NCBI RefSeq assembly: GCF_006345805.1
Contig: NC_043005.1
Coordinates: 72,354,001-72,418,000, forward strand
Length of the DNA stretch: 64,000 bases
Reading direction: 5' to 3'
Source of the DNA: Octopus sinensis
Taxonomy: Eukaryota
The notes under the pieces are model-generated. The model worked only from the letters and a program-made list of their open reading frames with translations, made no database searches and was not told the origin of the DNA. Shown here in pieces: positions 25,944 through 38,665 of this stretch. Position numbers and translations under genes: made by a program. The number at the start of each line of letters is the position of its first letter. The first letter of the stretch is position 1.

Positions 25944-26544
25944 TTGGCTACCGAATAATTGTCACATATTACATTTACAGATATATATATATATATACAC
26001 ATGCATGTTATTTACAGATATGTCTATATAAATATGTGTATGTGTGTGTATACATACACACATATATAAGAGTAGAGTAAAACAGGAGAGTTGGTTAAAT
26101 TATTCAGATGTGTGTGATACCTAAAGAAAATTGGAGGTCTGATTATATTTTATACTTGTCTAGAATCTGGATATACAAAAGTTTACATAAAGTTCTAAAC
26201 ACTGGTTGACTTTTAAACTACTTTATATGAAATAGCATATGTATACATGTATACACACAGACACACATATACAGTGTTGACCAAAAGTCACCTGACAGTA
26301 AATGAAAACCATTTAATTCCAAGATTAAAACAAAAAATTATTTTATATGAGACTTCACTAATAAATAGACAAATGGTGAAAAAACGGTGGTTTTAACTCA
26401 CAGTATTCAATTATTTAACATTCATAATTGAAAAGAATAAATATAATTGAATATTAAGTATTTATGGCATTTTGATTTACTATAGCCTCAAGCTGACCAA
26501 AGCCTTGTGAGTGGATTTGGTAGATGGAAACTGAAAGAAGCCTG

Positions 26545-26598
<54 letters not shown>

Positions 26599-26633
26599 GT
26601 GTGTGATGAAAGAAAGAAAATGGAAAATTAGGG

Positions 26634-27020
26634 ATCATCATCATCATCATTTAACATCCGTTTTCCATACTAGCATGGGTTGGACGGTTCGACCGGTGTC
26701 TGGGAAGCCAGGAGGTTGCACCACGCTCCAATCTGATCTGGCAGAGTTTCTACAGCTGGATGCTCTTCCTAACACCAACCCCTCCATGAGTTTTGAGGGT
26801 GCTTTTTATGTGCCACTGGCACAGGGGCCAGAGGAGGCTCGCAACGTCCACGTTCGGTTGGTGCTTTTTACGTGCCACCAGCATGGATGCCAGTCAAGGT
26901 GGTGCTGGCATCAGCCACATTTGGATGGTGTTTTTACATGCCACCGGCACGGGTATCACAACTACAATTTCCATTTGATTTTTATTTTGATGTTGAGGTA
27001 CTTGACTCAATAGGTCTCCT
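26634..27020 (-). mobile_element. RTE 3' UTR fragment (copy 1 of duplication)
   Basis: (CAT)n-TTTAACATCCGTTTTCCATACTAGCATGGG and GTGCCAC subrepeats. Confidence 0.85.
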
Positions 27021-27335
27021 CATCATTTAACATCTGTTAAATATTATGAGGTTGAAATTTTTTTTACAAAAACGATACAAATAAATTATAAATTATAAAG
27101 CTCTAAAAGAAATAGCATAATATCATAACATCATAATATCAACCGCATAATATCATACAAATAAATTATTTATACATCCATAACTCTCCATTTTCTTTCT
27201 TTCATTATTAACAACATGTGTTACTCTAATAATCTCTAACATATTGCTGAGACATTCTCCTTATACAATAGTTATTAACCAGTGAAATTTTTTGATTATT
27301 TAATCCCTAATGAGGGCCTGACATCCTCGAATTGG

Positions 27336-27369
<34 letters not shown>

Positions 27370-27444
27370 TATATATATATATATATTATATATATATATA
27401 TGTGTATATGTGTGTGATGAAAGAAAGAAAATGGAAAATTAGGG

Positions 27445-27831
27445 ATCATCATCATCATCATTTAACATCCGTTTTCCATACTAGCATGGGTTGGACGGTT
27501 CGACCGGTGTCTGGGAAGCCAGGAGGTTGCACCACGCTCCAATCTGATCTGGCAGAGTTTCTACAGCTGGATGCTCTTCCTAACACCAACCCCTCCATGA
27601 GTTTTGAGGGTGCTTTTTATGTGCCACTGCCACAGGGGCCAGAGGAGGCTCGCAACGTCCACGTTCGGTTGGTGCTTTTTACGTGCCACCAGCATGGATG
27701 CCAGTCAAGGTGGTGCTGGCATCAGCCACATTTGGATGGTGTTTTTACATGCCACCGGCACGGGTATCACAACTACAATTTCCATTTGATTTTTATTTTG
27801 ATGTTGAGGTACTTGACTCAATAGGTCTCCT
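27445..27831 (-). mobile_element. RTE 3' UTR fragment (copy 2 of duplication)
   Basis: Same as 26634-27020, offset by 811 bp. Confidence 0.85.
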
Positions 27832-28145
27832 CATCATTTAACATCTGTTAAATATTATGAGGTTGAAATTTTTTTTACAAAAACGATACAAATAAATTAT
27901 AAATTATAAGCTCTAAAAGAAATAGCATAATATCATAACATCATAATATCAACCGCATAATATCATACAAATAAATTATTTATACATCCATAACTCTCCA
28001 TTTTCTTTCTTTCATTATTAACAACATGTGTTACTCTAATAATCTCTAACATATTGCTGAGACATTCTCCTTATACAATAGTTATTAACCAGTGAAATTT
28101 TTTGATTATTTAATCCCTAATGAGGGCCTGACATCCTCGAATTGG

Positions 28146-28187
<42 letters not shown>

Positions 28188-28575
28188 GGGTGGGTGATTG
28201 TGTTTGTCTTCACCCCCATCACCACTTGGCAACTAATGTTGGTGTGTCTATGTCCCTGTAACTTAACAGTTCAGCAAATGACACCAATAGAATAAAGTAC
28301 TAGGCTTGAAAATAAGTCCTGGAGTCAATTTGTTCAATTGAAATAAACCTTCCAAGGCAGTGCTCCAGCATGGCCACAGTCAAATGAGTGAAACAAGTAA
28401 AAGAGTAACTCACTCATTACAAATAGAATCTGTAAGTAGGAGAGTAAAAATATGCAAGACTTTTCACAAGTTTAAAATGTGACTTTGCTTTTGTGATGTA
28501 CATTCAAATGATGGAGCTTTGGTATCTTTGTTAAAAACCAGATTCTTCCTTAGGTGAAGAATTCAAATAATTTAC

Positions 28576-28783
28576 CACTTTCATTACCGTATTTATTTTG
28601 AGATGCTCTATGTTTCTTTCAGTTATTTTAAATATAACAAAGAATTTAGTAAAATAACTTAGTTATCATTAAGACAGAGTTAGCTACACAAATTATGACT
28701 AAGGTTTGGTGGAAGATTTTAATTCAAAACTTATGAAAACAACAGAGCCAGAGGCAGTTTCAGCCGGGTTGGTAGTGAAAGGG
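28576..28783 (+). mobile_element. piggyBac-like MITE, second copy of the 21064 family
   Basis: CACTTTCATTACCGTATTTATTTTGAGATGCTC...GGTAGTGAAAGGG-TTAA; closely matches 21064-21282. Confidence 0.85.
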
Positions 28784-28793
28784 TTAAAAACAG

Positions 28794-29194
28794 AAGTGGG
28801 CTGTGTGGTAAGTAGCTTGCTTACCAACCGCATGGTTCCGGGTTCAGTCCCACTGCGTGGCACCTTGGGCAAGTGTCTTCTACTATAGCCTCAGGCCGAC
28901 CAAAGCCTTGGGAGTGGATTTAGTAGATGGAAACTGAAAGAAGCCCATCGTATATATTTATATGTATATATATGTGTGTGTGTTTGTATGTCTGTGTTTG
29001 GCTCCACAACATCACTTGACAACCGATGCTGGTGTGTTTATGTCACCTTAACTTAGTGGTTCGGCAAAAGAGACCGACAGAATAAGTTCTAGGCTTACAA
29101 AGAATAAGTCCTGGGGGCGATTTGCTCGACTAAAGGCGGTGCTCTAGTATGGCTGCAGTCAAATGACTGAAACAAATAAAAGAGTAAAAGAGTA
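28794..29194 (+). mobile_element. tRNA-derived SINE family 1 (octopus OK/OR-type, CORE-like segment), full length
   Basis: GCTGTGTGGTAAGTAGCTTGC A-box, GGTTCAGTCCC B-box, GGCACCTTGGGCAAGTGTC CORE-like block, internal (TA)/(TG) tract, (AAGAGTAA)n tail. Confidence 0.88.
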
Positions 29195-30644
29195 TACATA
29201 CATGCATATATATATATATATACACACAAGCATACATATATGCATGCGTGCATATGACTAGCATCTGTGTAGTCTCTATGTAATAAATTCCACCCTGTCT
29301 TGGCCAAACCAGCACTGTAACAGAAGCCACTCACTTAAGTTGTCATGCAGAAGAATCTCTCCTGGAATCATATGGTTTGCCAAAATAAACTTCTTAACCA
29401 CACTGCCATGTATTTGAGTAAACGCTATCAAAAGAAAAAGAATTGCTTCATTGCTCAAATATCTTGAAGTCCTTATTGCTATCATTAATAAAGTAAGAAG
29501 GAAAAAAAAAACGACAAACAAAAACTTTCTATTTCTATATACTAGCCAGAGGGGGTGAATTAATAGCTTCATTTTTGGAAAAGCGATAAATCAATTTATA
29601 ATTCAAGATGTTTTATTGTTTTGTAAACATAATTTTAAACCAAAAATCAGTGTTGTGAATCAGAAAGTTTGCCTTCTTTATAAGTTAGACTGCTTATACT
29701 GCTTATATATTGATTACTGAATATATTATAGGTTAAAGTAAATCTCATGCAATGAAAGAAAAATCAAGACTGTGATGTTATATTTTTTTTCTTCCCTCCT
29801 GTTTAAAATGGTTTCCATATAAAAGAGTTAATTTGTAGATTCAAGAATTGTATCTTACATCGTTTATTTCTATACCACTGATTTATTTTACACTGTGTTT
29901 GTATTGAGACAATGCCATGGCTACTGTTCCAAAAGAGCATGCCCTTGTGCATCACCTATCAGACAGATACATAATCGTCAGACTTAAACGCACTCTTTAA
30001 TACAACATATCAATATATTGAGAAGCTAGTTTTACTATATGACACTTTTTATTGTTTTGCTGGGGTTTTTTACTGTTTTACATCTAGTTTTTACACACTG
30101 TAATATCCAGACATCGATATTCAAGCTGCAAGCAATTGTCTGACAATTCAATTCTACCTATGTACTCTAACAGACATATGACCAGCTAATTCATAGGTTA
30201 ACTTTTTCCTATAACGATTTAAGTTTTGTACGACTCTAGGTGCCATTGATTCTGTTTACCAAATTATGAATTCAACATTATTTAGATCATAATTTTCAGA
30301 CTCTTGAGGTGAAATATTTTTGGATATTTGTGAATTTTAAAATGTTAAATGAAAAATTATAATTGTCCCTAATTATGATCTTAGTACCAACAATTAGATT
30401 TTTAATAAGCATTATTGTTACAATATTGGTTACCATGTCAACATTGTCTGATTGCCTATAGCTACATGGTTGTAAGTACAGGAATCACCATGTGGTTATA
30501 AAGTTTCCTTCCCAACCATATGGTTTCAGGTTCAGTCCCACTGCATGACACCTTGAGTGTCTTCTAATATCGCCCTCAGGCTGACCAAAATCTTGTAAGT
30601 GAATGGGAGAGATAGAAACTGAACGAAGCCCAATATATATACTT

Positions 30645-30727
30645 ATCTGTCTGTCAATCTATCTACTGTCTCTCTGTCTGTCTCTCTGTCTTTGTCTGTC
30701 TGTCCATCCATCCATCCATCCATTTAT

Positions 30728-30786
<59 letters not shown>

Positions 30787-30806
30787 CCTGTCTATCTATC
30801 TATCTG

Positions 30807-30867
<61 letters not shown>

Positions 30868-30874
30868 CTATCTA

Positions 30875-30930
<56 letters not shown>

Positions 30931-31080
30931 CTTGTCTATCTATTTATGTATCTATCTGTCTATCTATCTATCTACCTGTCTGTCTATCTACCTGTCTATC
31001 TATTTATCTATCTGTCTATCTATCTATCTATATATTTATCTATCTATATCTATCTATATATTTATCAGTCTATCTGTCTC
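30645..31080. repeat. (TCTA)n/(TCTG)n compound tetranucleotide array
   Basis: Direct reading. Confidence 0.95.
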
Positions 31081-31408
31081 TATGTGTATGCATATATTTG
31101 AGAACACACGTGTGTGTGCATGTGTGTTTGTTTATAGTTGCACTTTACAAAATTTGTGACATACGAGCCATGTTATTGTTGGCAGTTCTCTTGTCAAAGC
31201 CATCATTTTCTCATTTCACTCTCTCAAAACCGTGTGGATAGGAGATCCCTAACATGAAAAAACAAGTAAGGTTCAGTGACAGGAAGGGCATCCAGTTGTA
31301 AGTTATAAAATAGTGCTTCAGTAACATATTGGTCTAACCAATCCAAATTAACGTAATACAAAACAAGACACACACACACACACAAATACACATCTATATA
31401 CACACACT

Positions 31409-31491
<83 letters not shown>

Positions 31492-31771
31492 ATATATATA
31501 TGTATTATATGTGTTTTCTAAAAGTATTTGTTTTTGTCACTGGACTGTGACCGTGCTGGGGCATTACCTTAATGCATTTTAATTCAGTAGACTTTATTTG
31601 CCATTTATGTGATATGAACACAGACACTATTTGTTTACATGGTGAAAAGCAGACATATACAAACATACATACACACACACAAACATATAAATATATAGTA
31701 TGTGTGCATCCAATGCCAGCACATGGAGCATGGACATTAAATGATGATATATATATACATATATATATACA

Positions 31772-31807
<36 letters not shown>

Positions 31808-31913
31808 TGTATGTATGTATGTATGAATGTATGTATGTATGTATATATGAGTGTATGTATATATGAGTGTATGTATATATGTATGTATATATGTATATAT
31901 ATGTATATATATA

Positions 31914-31948
<35 letters not shown>

Positions 31949-32479
31949 TTCTCATATGTATGTATGTATAACATCAATGTAATAGGAACAATGGTAATTA
32001 TATTTTCTATTATGAAGGTTGTACACTTTTGAAATACAAAGAACTATTTTAAAAATGAATTACACCTCTAAACTCACCACCTTCATCATCATCATCATCC
32101 CCACTAACACTGTCACCAACACCACCATCAATCCATTGCCACCACCACCACCACTACTACTATTATTTTTATTCATCTATTTCTTTATTTTGCTGTTCCA
32201 CTTGGTATCTAAATAAGTAAAGTTAAATGGAAAATAGTTGTTAAATGCAGCATGGATTAATTTTGAATTTCAAAAATGGATGAAATGTGCTTCAAATTCA
32301 TTTTCCACTTCACTAAGATTTATTTATATCTATATTGTGTCTCTTATTTTCGTTTCTATTTTCAATACTTTCCCTTATTAGAAAAACTGTTGTATGCTAT
32401 AAATTTTCTGTTTTTATTTTCCAATGATGTATTTTTTAAAATCATCTTAATTATCATGGAGCTTAGTTTGATGTTTATA

Positions 32480-32529
32480 TGTAAATATATGTATAAATAT
32501 ATGTATAAGTATATATATATATGTGTATG

Positions 32530-32562
<33 letters not shown>

Positions 32563-32569
32563 TATATAT

Positions 32570-32626
<57 letters not shown>

Positions 32627-32680
32627 GATATATATGTATATATATATGTGTATATATATATATATATGTATATATATATG

Positions 32681-32731
<51 letters not shown>

Positions 32732-32748
32732 GTACATATATATATATG

Positions 32749-32794
<46 letters not shown>

Positions 32795-32825
32795 GTATAT
32801 ATATACTTATATATTTATATATGAA
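32480..32825. repeat. Long (TA)n-rich tract
   Basis: Direct reading. Confidence 0.95.
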
Positions 32826-33224
32826 CATTCATATGTGTGAATGTATGTGCAACAGAAATGAAATCATTTGTTGACTTGTACCTTGTTCCATATCTTATCA
32901 TCCCCAAAACGAACTCCTGCTCACCCACCTCTTGGCTTTTCTTCATCACAAAACATACATTACTCGCTACACCTCTCAATCACAATGATCGCTTCCTCAA
33001 CTACTTCCTGTATGACTAAATAGAGCTAAGTTCAGTGTGTGTGCATGCATACATGTGTGCGTGTTATGTGTGTGTGCGTGGGCATATAACTATCTTTATG
33101 TGTGTGTTTACATGCATATAGCTATCTGTCTGTGCATACACACACACACATATAGATACATATATACATATACACACATACACATGTTTATGCATATACA
33201 TATACACACAAACACACACATGCA

Positions 33225-33267
<43 letters not shown>

Positions 33268-33514
33268 GCACATATGTACACATATATGCACACCACATAT
33301 ATATATATATACATATATATATACATATATATATGTGTGTATGTATAAAACACACACGCACTCACACACACACTTGCACATATTCATATCTACTCATACA
33401 CATGCATATACACATACATCAACATACAAACCCCACCTGCACCTCACACACTCAATAATTTCCAAAGTTTCCATTTATTAATTTATTTATGAAAATTAAG
33501 TTATTTTACTAACT

Positions 33515-33933
33515 TACTCTTTTACTCTTTTACTTGTTTCAGTCATTTGACTGTGGCCATACTGGAGCACCGCCTTTAGTCGAGTAAATCGACCCTGGGA
33601 CTTATTCTTTGTAAGCCCAGTACTTATTCTATCGGTCTCTTTTGCCGAACCGCTAAGTTACGGGGATGTAAACACACCAGCATCGGTTGTCAAGCAATGC
33701 TAGGGGGGGGGGGACAAACGCAGACACAAAAACATATACACACACATACATATATATATATACGTATGTACGACAGGCTTCTTTCAGTTTCCATCTACCA
33801 AATCCACTCACAAGGCTTTGGTCAGCCCGAGGCTATAGTAGGAGACACTTGCCCAAGGTGCCATGCAATGGGACTGAACCCAGAACCATGTGGTTCATAA
33901 GCAAGCTTCTTACCACACAGCCACTCCTACGCC
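33515..33933 (-). mobile_element. SINE family 1, full length
   Basis: Reverse complement of the 28794-29194 family from TACTCTTTTACTC to CCACACAGCCACTCC. Confidence 0.9.
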
Positions 33934-35104
33934 ACTCCTAGGGTTTAGTCAAAGAAGGACAACAGCCATAATATTTTACAAGAATTCTGAGATTAATAGG
34001 GAAAAGAAAAACCTGGAAACCTGAGTCCAGAGGCTTGGAATATTTTAAACTGTAAAGGTACCTGAGAGGCAGTGAATGTGATGGATGAAGTCTCTTATTC
34101 AAAGCTTATGCATATTTAATCTCATGGGCCACATTTTTATCATGGTTGCAATCAGCCTAAACATGAACAGTAGATAGAAAGAATATTGAAGGTGAAAAGG
34201 CAGATATTGAAGTAGATATCAATGCCACAGCCCTAGGGACTACCAAGAAACATGTGCTTTCGTCACATGTATTATCTTATACTTGTTTCAGTCAATGGAT
34301 GGCAGCAGCCATGCTGGGGCACCAACTTGGTGGCTTAGACCAACAAATTGATCCTTTAAATATTTTTTGAAGTCTGGTATTTATTCTGTCAATCTTTCTT
34401 GCCAAGCTGTTAAGTTATGGGGGTACGTAAACAAACTGACATTGGTAGCCAGGTGGTGACAGGGGATGAACACAAACTTACACACTTACATGCACACATA
34501 CACACACACACAAGCAAATTTACACTTGTTTTTATTAAAAGCATTCAAATGTGTATTGGGCCATACAAACAAGTAACCCTTGCAAGGGTAATTTATCTGT
34601 TATTTCTGCTGTTCTAACAGCAATGTTATGTTAAAATAAATATCACCTTGTTTGTATTGTACAATACACACACACACACACATGTCCTTATACCTTTTTT
34701 TTTTTACTTCTGCTTGTTTCAGTCATAGGACTGCAGCCCTTGAAGGGTTTAGTTAAACAAATAAACCCAGTACTTGTTATTCTAAAACCTGGTACTTATT
34801 CTATCAGTATCTTTTGCAGAACCACTAGGCTCGAATGACATAAATAAACCAATACTAGTTGTTTAGCAGGGACAAATATAAAGACACACACACACGTAAG
34901 ATGGGTTTTTTTTCAGTTTCAGTCAACAAAATCCACTAACAAGGCTTTAGTCAGCCCAGAGCTATAGCAAAAGACACTTCTCCTGTCCCCACACAGCTTG
35001 ACAACTGGTGTTGGTTTGTTTACACCCTCGTAAATTAGTGGTTTAGCAAAAGAGATTGACATAATAAGTATCTGACTTATTACAGACAATTTGTTCAGTT
35101 AAAC

Positions 35105-35569
35105 CAGGGCTGGCCAACCCGAGGCCCACAAGCCGCATGCAACCCACTGATTTTTATCTTGTGGTCCACTTGATACTTGCTTAAAATAGGTTTATTTGAA
35201 CAAACATTTTAAAGATTTTATCAAAAATTAAAGATTGTAATGTAAAGTAAAAAAGAAAGATACTATTGTTTTTGCAGCGATAATATTTCATGGTGAATCC
35301 ACGATCATTCATTCACTATTGTAATATTAGATTGAAGAAAAAGTTTGTGTTCTGTGCTAAAATAATGCTTTCTTATACAGTTATTGTTGGTTTTGAAAAA
35401 ATTTTGCATAACAAATCATTATTTTAGCAGGGCGTTCGAACATTTTCCTCAACCTAATAATAGCTTGAGAAAGCAAAATGCTTTCAATTCTGTCAATATA
35501 CAAGCAGCCCTCAAAAAAACTTTCTGTGACTGAAGTGGCCTGCAATATAATTTGAGTTGGTCAAGCCTG
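35105..35569. mobile_element. hAT-type MITE inserted in the 3' part of a SINE
   Basis: TIRs CAGGGCTGGCCAAC / GTTGGTCAAGCCTG (11/14); 8-bp flanks AGTTAAAC / AACTAAAC (6/8); host SINE sequence continues on both sides. Confidence 0.7.
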
Positions 35570-35649
35570 AACTAAACCGTTCAAGGCAGTGCCCCAGCAT
35601 GGCAAAGATTTTAATCACTGAAGAAGTAAAAGAGTGAAAAATTACATAC

Positions 35650-36044
35650 CAGGAGTGGTTGTGTGGTAAGTAGCTTGCTTACCAACCACATGGTTCCAGG
35701 TTCAGTCCCACTGCATGGTACCTTGGGCAAGTGTCTTCTACTATATAGCCTTGAGCTGACTAAAGCCCTGTGAGTGGATTTGGTAGATGGAAACTGAAAG
35801 AAGCCCATTGTATATGTATGTGTGTGTGTGTCTGTGTGTCTGTGTTTGTTCCCCCACTATTGTTTGACAATCGATGCTGGTATATTAACGTCACTGCAAC
35901 TTAGCAGTTCAGCAAAAGCATCAGATAGAATAAGTACTAAGCTTACAAAAGAATAAAACCTGGGGTCGATTTGCTTGACTAAAAGCGGTGCTCCAGCATG
36001 GCTGCAGTCAAATAACTGAAACAAGTATAAAAGAATAAAAGAAT
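35650..36044 (+). mobile_element. SINE family 1, full length
   Basis: GGAGTGGTTGTGTGGTAAGTAGC...CCAGCATGGCTGCAGTCAAAT...AAGAATAAAAGAATA. Confidence 0.9.
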
Positions 36045-36397
36045 ACCTCTGGGAAAACAAATGATTTTATTACTATGAGAGTGTGATTGCTGGATTACTT
36101 ATTAAACCATCAAGGACTCAAACTATGCTATGTCACATGCATCTTCCTAGCAATTGCTAGGAGAAACACTGCGTACTTTTAATAATCCGTAATGAAGTTG
36201 CTATGAAAAATCAAAATAAATAAGTAAAAGAATAGATAATGAAATTAGTTTTGCATTGTTTTTAATCAATGAAATCAATAAAACGGTGAATCTTGAACTG
36301 TAGTGAAATGGATTTGCCGTTAAATGTTTTGATTATTTTTAGTCAGTTGGTCATTAAAACATTATTAGTAAAGCAAAAATACAGGATAGGCAATAAG

Positions 36398-36414
36398 ATA
36401 TAATAATAATAATA

Positions 36415-36453
<39 letters not shown>

Positions 36454-36685
36454 TAATAATGATAATAATGATGATGATAATAATAATGATAATAATGATA
36501 ATAATAATAATAATAATGATGATGATAATAATAATGATGATAATAATAATGATAATAATGATAATAATAATATTGAAATAGTTTCACATGATTGAAAAGA
36601 GTGTGAAGAAGCATCTGGACCATACAGCTGTTTGATGTTTTTAGTAATTATTCACCAATCATTTATTCATTAAATAATAATAATG

Positions 36686-36721
<36 letters not shown>

Positions 36722-36870
36722 GTAATGATAACAATAATAATGATGATAATAATAATAATAATGGTAATAATAATAATATAATAATAATGGTAATGATAAC
36801 AATAATAATGATGATAATAATAATAATAATGGTAATGATAACAATAATAATAATAATAATAATAATAATT
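36398..36870. repeat. Two (AAT)/(GAT) trinucleotide tracts separated by ~100 bp
   Basis: Direct reading. Confidence 0.92.
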
Positions 36871-36990
36871 ATCCAGCAGACTGTAAATTTCTGCATTTGG
36901 TTGGTATCAAAAGGGCTACAGTGTATTTTAAATATTAGCAAGCAATTTTATGTACAAGAATGTTGGTATTGAGTTTTTTTTTATGTGGTA

Positions 36991-37400
36991 TACTCTTTTA
37001 CTCTTTTACTATTGTTACTTGTTTCAGTCATTTGACTGTGGCCATGCTGGAGCACCACCTTTAGTTGAGCAAATCGACCCCAGGACTTATTCTTTGTAAG
37101 CCTAGTACTTATTCTATTGGTCTCTTTTGCCGAACTGCTAAGTTACGGGGATGTAAATTCACCAGCATCAGTTGTCAAGCAATGTTGTGGGGACAAACAC
37201 AGACACACAAACATACACACACACACACACACACACACAATGGGCTTCATTCAGTTTCCATCTACCAAATCCACTCATAAACCTTTGGTTGGCCTGAGGC
37301 TATAGTAGAAGACACTTGCCCAAGGTGTGACGCAGTAGGACTGAACCCAGAACCATGTGCTGGTAAACAAGCTACTTACTACACAGCCACTCCTACGCCT
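36991..37400 (-). mobile_element. SINE family 1, full length
   Basis: Reverse complement of the family consensus as at 33515. Confidence 0.9.
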
Positions 37401-37764
37401 ATGAATATGTTTATTATAATACAAATAAATATGAATTTTTTCCATGACTTAAAGTTTCTAGCTAACAGAGCATTTTTTCAGATAGATGTGATTCAAATAA
37501 TCACTTTTGAAACAGGAATTTTGTATCATAGAACCAAAGTGGTTTCAGGTGAATTGGTCTCAAAAGGGTTAAATATTAACTTTCAAGAATAAGGTAAAAC
37601 TAAGAAATTCTGCATTGAAGATGAATAGTTTTGAAGCAACATATATAAAAGCAAAACTGAGATGCTGAAAGATCAGTTTGTAAAGCTAAAGAATATTAAT
37701 ATATTACAGAGATGTACTGGCATAGCAAGTGACCTGATCTGAGATCATGTGCTGGAATGAAAAC

Positions 37765-37820
37765 AATTTTGCCAATGAACAAGTCGAGGTCTCAAAGTGA
37801 CGAAAATATTTTGACAAATT
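37765..37820 (+). ncRNA. Hammerhead-like motif with non-canonical core (A3/C8)
   Basis: AAUUUUGCCA-AUGAACA-A-GUCG..UGAC-GAAA-AUAU-UU-UGACAAAUU: stems I and II, GAAA box and palindromic stem III (AAUAUU) present; first box deviates from CUGANGA. Confidence 0.4.
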
Positions 37821-38389
37821 AAATTTAAATGTTGAAATGAATCTAACGGTTTTTGTATGTTTCTTAAATGGTTTATAAACACCTTCCATGCTGCAATATT
37901 AACATAGATTTCTAAGTACAAGAAACAAAGACTTCATTATTGTTATTCTTGATGGTGTTGTTTAAATCCAGGTCAACCTTAATCAAGCAATTCTATGATT
38001 GCAAGAATTATCACATATTTTTTGTTCATCCATTCCTATATTATCAAGTGTAGCCTTCATTTTTTAAAATTTTGTATAGTGAAATATGAGAGAGATTTGG
38101 TAGTTATGTCTAGCATGTTGAGCAACCATGTAGAGGTTCCTTCATTAGCTTGAGTCTTCCTTCTATATGATATACAAGCAAAGCACCCCCCGTCCAATGG
38201 ATGGTGCTGAGTTGTCAAACATTTAAACCAAATTTTCTGAAAACAACTTGTCCAACCGTCCCATAGGCCTCCCCTTTGAGAAACACTGATTTAACCTAAA
38301 TTTGAGACACCAGCAAAAGAAGAAATAAGGATAGACTTTTTTCTATTCCAAAGAAATACAATTTTATCCACACAAATATGCAACCGAAG

Positions 38390-38665
38390 AGTTTAAAGTA
38401 CCAGTAATGATAAGGCTGTTGACTGGGAGAACACAAGCATGGTTTAAACAGTACACAACAGCTGATGTACTTGCACGTACAAATGTACGTTCCAACGGCT
38501 TTATCGATTGCATTCTCACATGGAATCGATTTTGTAACTTTTTCAAGACTTATACATGCCCTGATACCGTCGGTAGCTACATATCAAATTTGAGCGCAAT
38601 CGGATGGAGGATGCCCAAGATCCTAGAAGACACACACACAGAAAACGGATTTTATATAATAGATA
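38390..38665 (+). mobile_element. Possible non-autonomous Helitron/DINE-like element 3' part
   Basis: CAAATTTGAGCGCAATCGG near the end, then (AC)n and TTTTATATAATAGAT terminus, an arrangement typical of DINE/HINE-like elements; unverified. Confidence 0.4.

Larger units (their letters stand above)
25745..25983. repeat. Inverted repeat (~100-bp arms) of Penelope-like terminal fragments, with (TA)n tracts nearby on both sides
   Basis: TATCTGTAAAT...GGTAGCCAAGATAAAACT...CTCTTCAGTTATC versus GATAACTGAAGAG...TTTTATCTTGGCTACC...ATTTACAGATA; short spacer. Confidence 0.92.
26585..28185. repeat. Near-identical 811-bp tandem duplication
   Basis: Identical ORFs end at 27013 and 27824 and at 26978 and 27789; the one unique-sequence substitution I noticed is GCCACTGGCAC versus GCCACTGCCAC; breakpoints lie in (TA)n. 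Confidence 0.92.
26479..28408 (+). mobile_element. SINE family 1 copy split at its internal (TA)n by ~1.6 kb
   Basis: 5' part 26479-26546 (ACTATAGCCTC...GAAACTGAAAGAAGCCTGTC) resumes at 28188-28408 (TGTGTTTGTC...CAGCATGGCCACAGTCAAATGAGTGAAACAAGTAAAAGAGTAA). Confidence 0.7.

Noticed and set aside
26270-26420. TACAGTG-TTGACCAAAAGT Tc1-like left end
   Set aside because: No matching right TIR or transposase remnant found nearby, so not reported as an element.
27307-27332. CTAATGA-GGG..CCTC-GAAT (also at +811) resembling a hammerhead core
   Set aside because: Both boxes are mutated (G5A; GAAU) and no stem I or III can be drawn; not supportable as a ribozyme.
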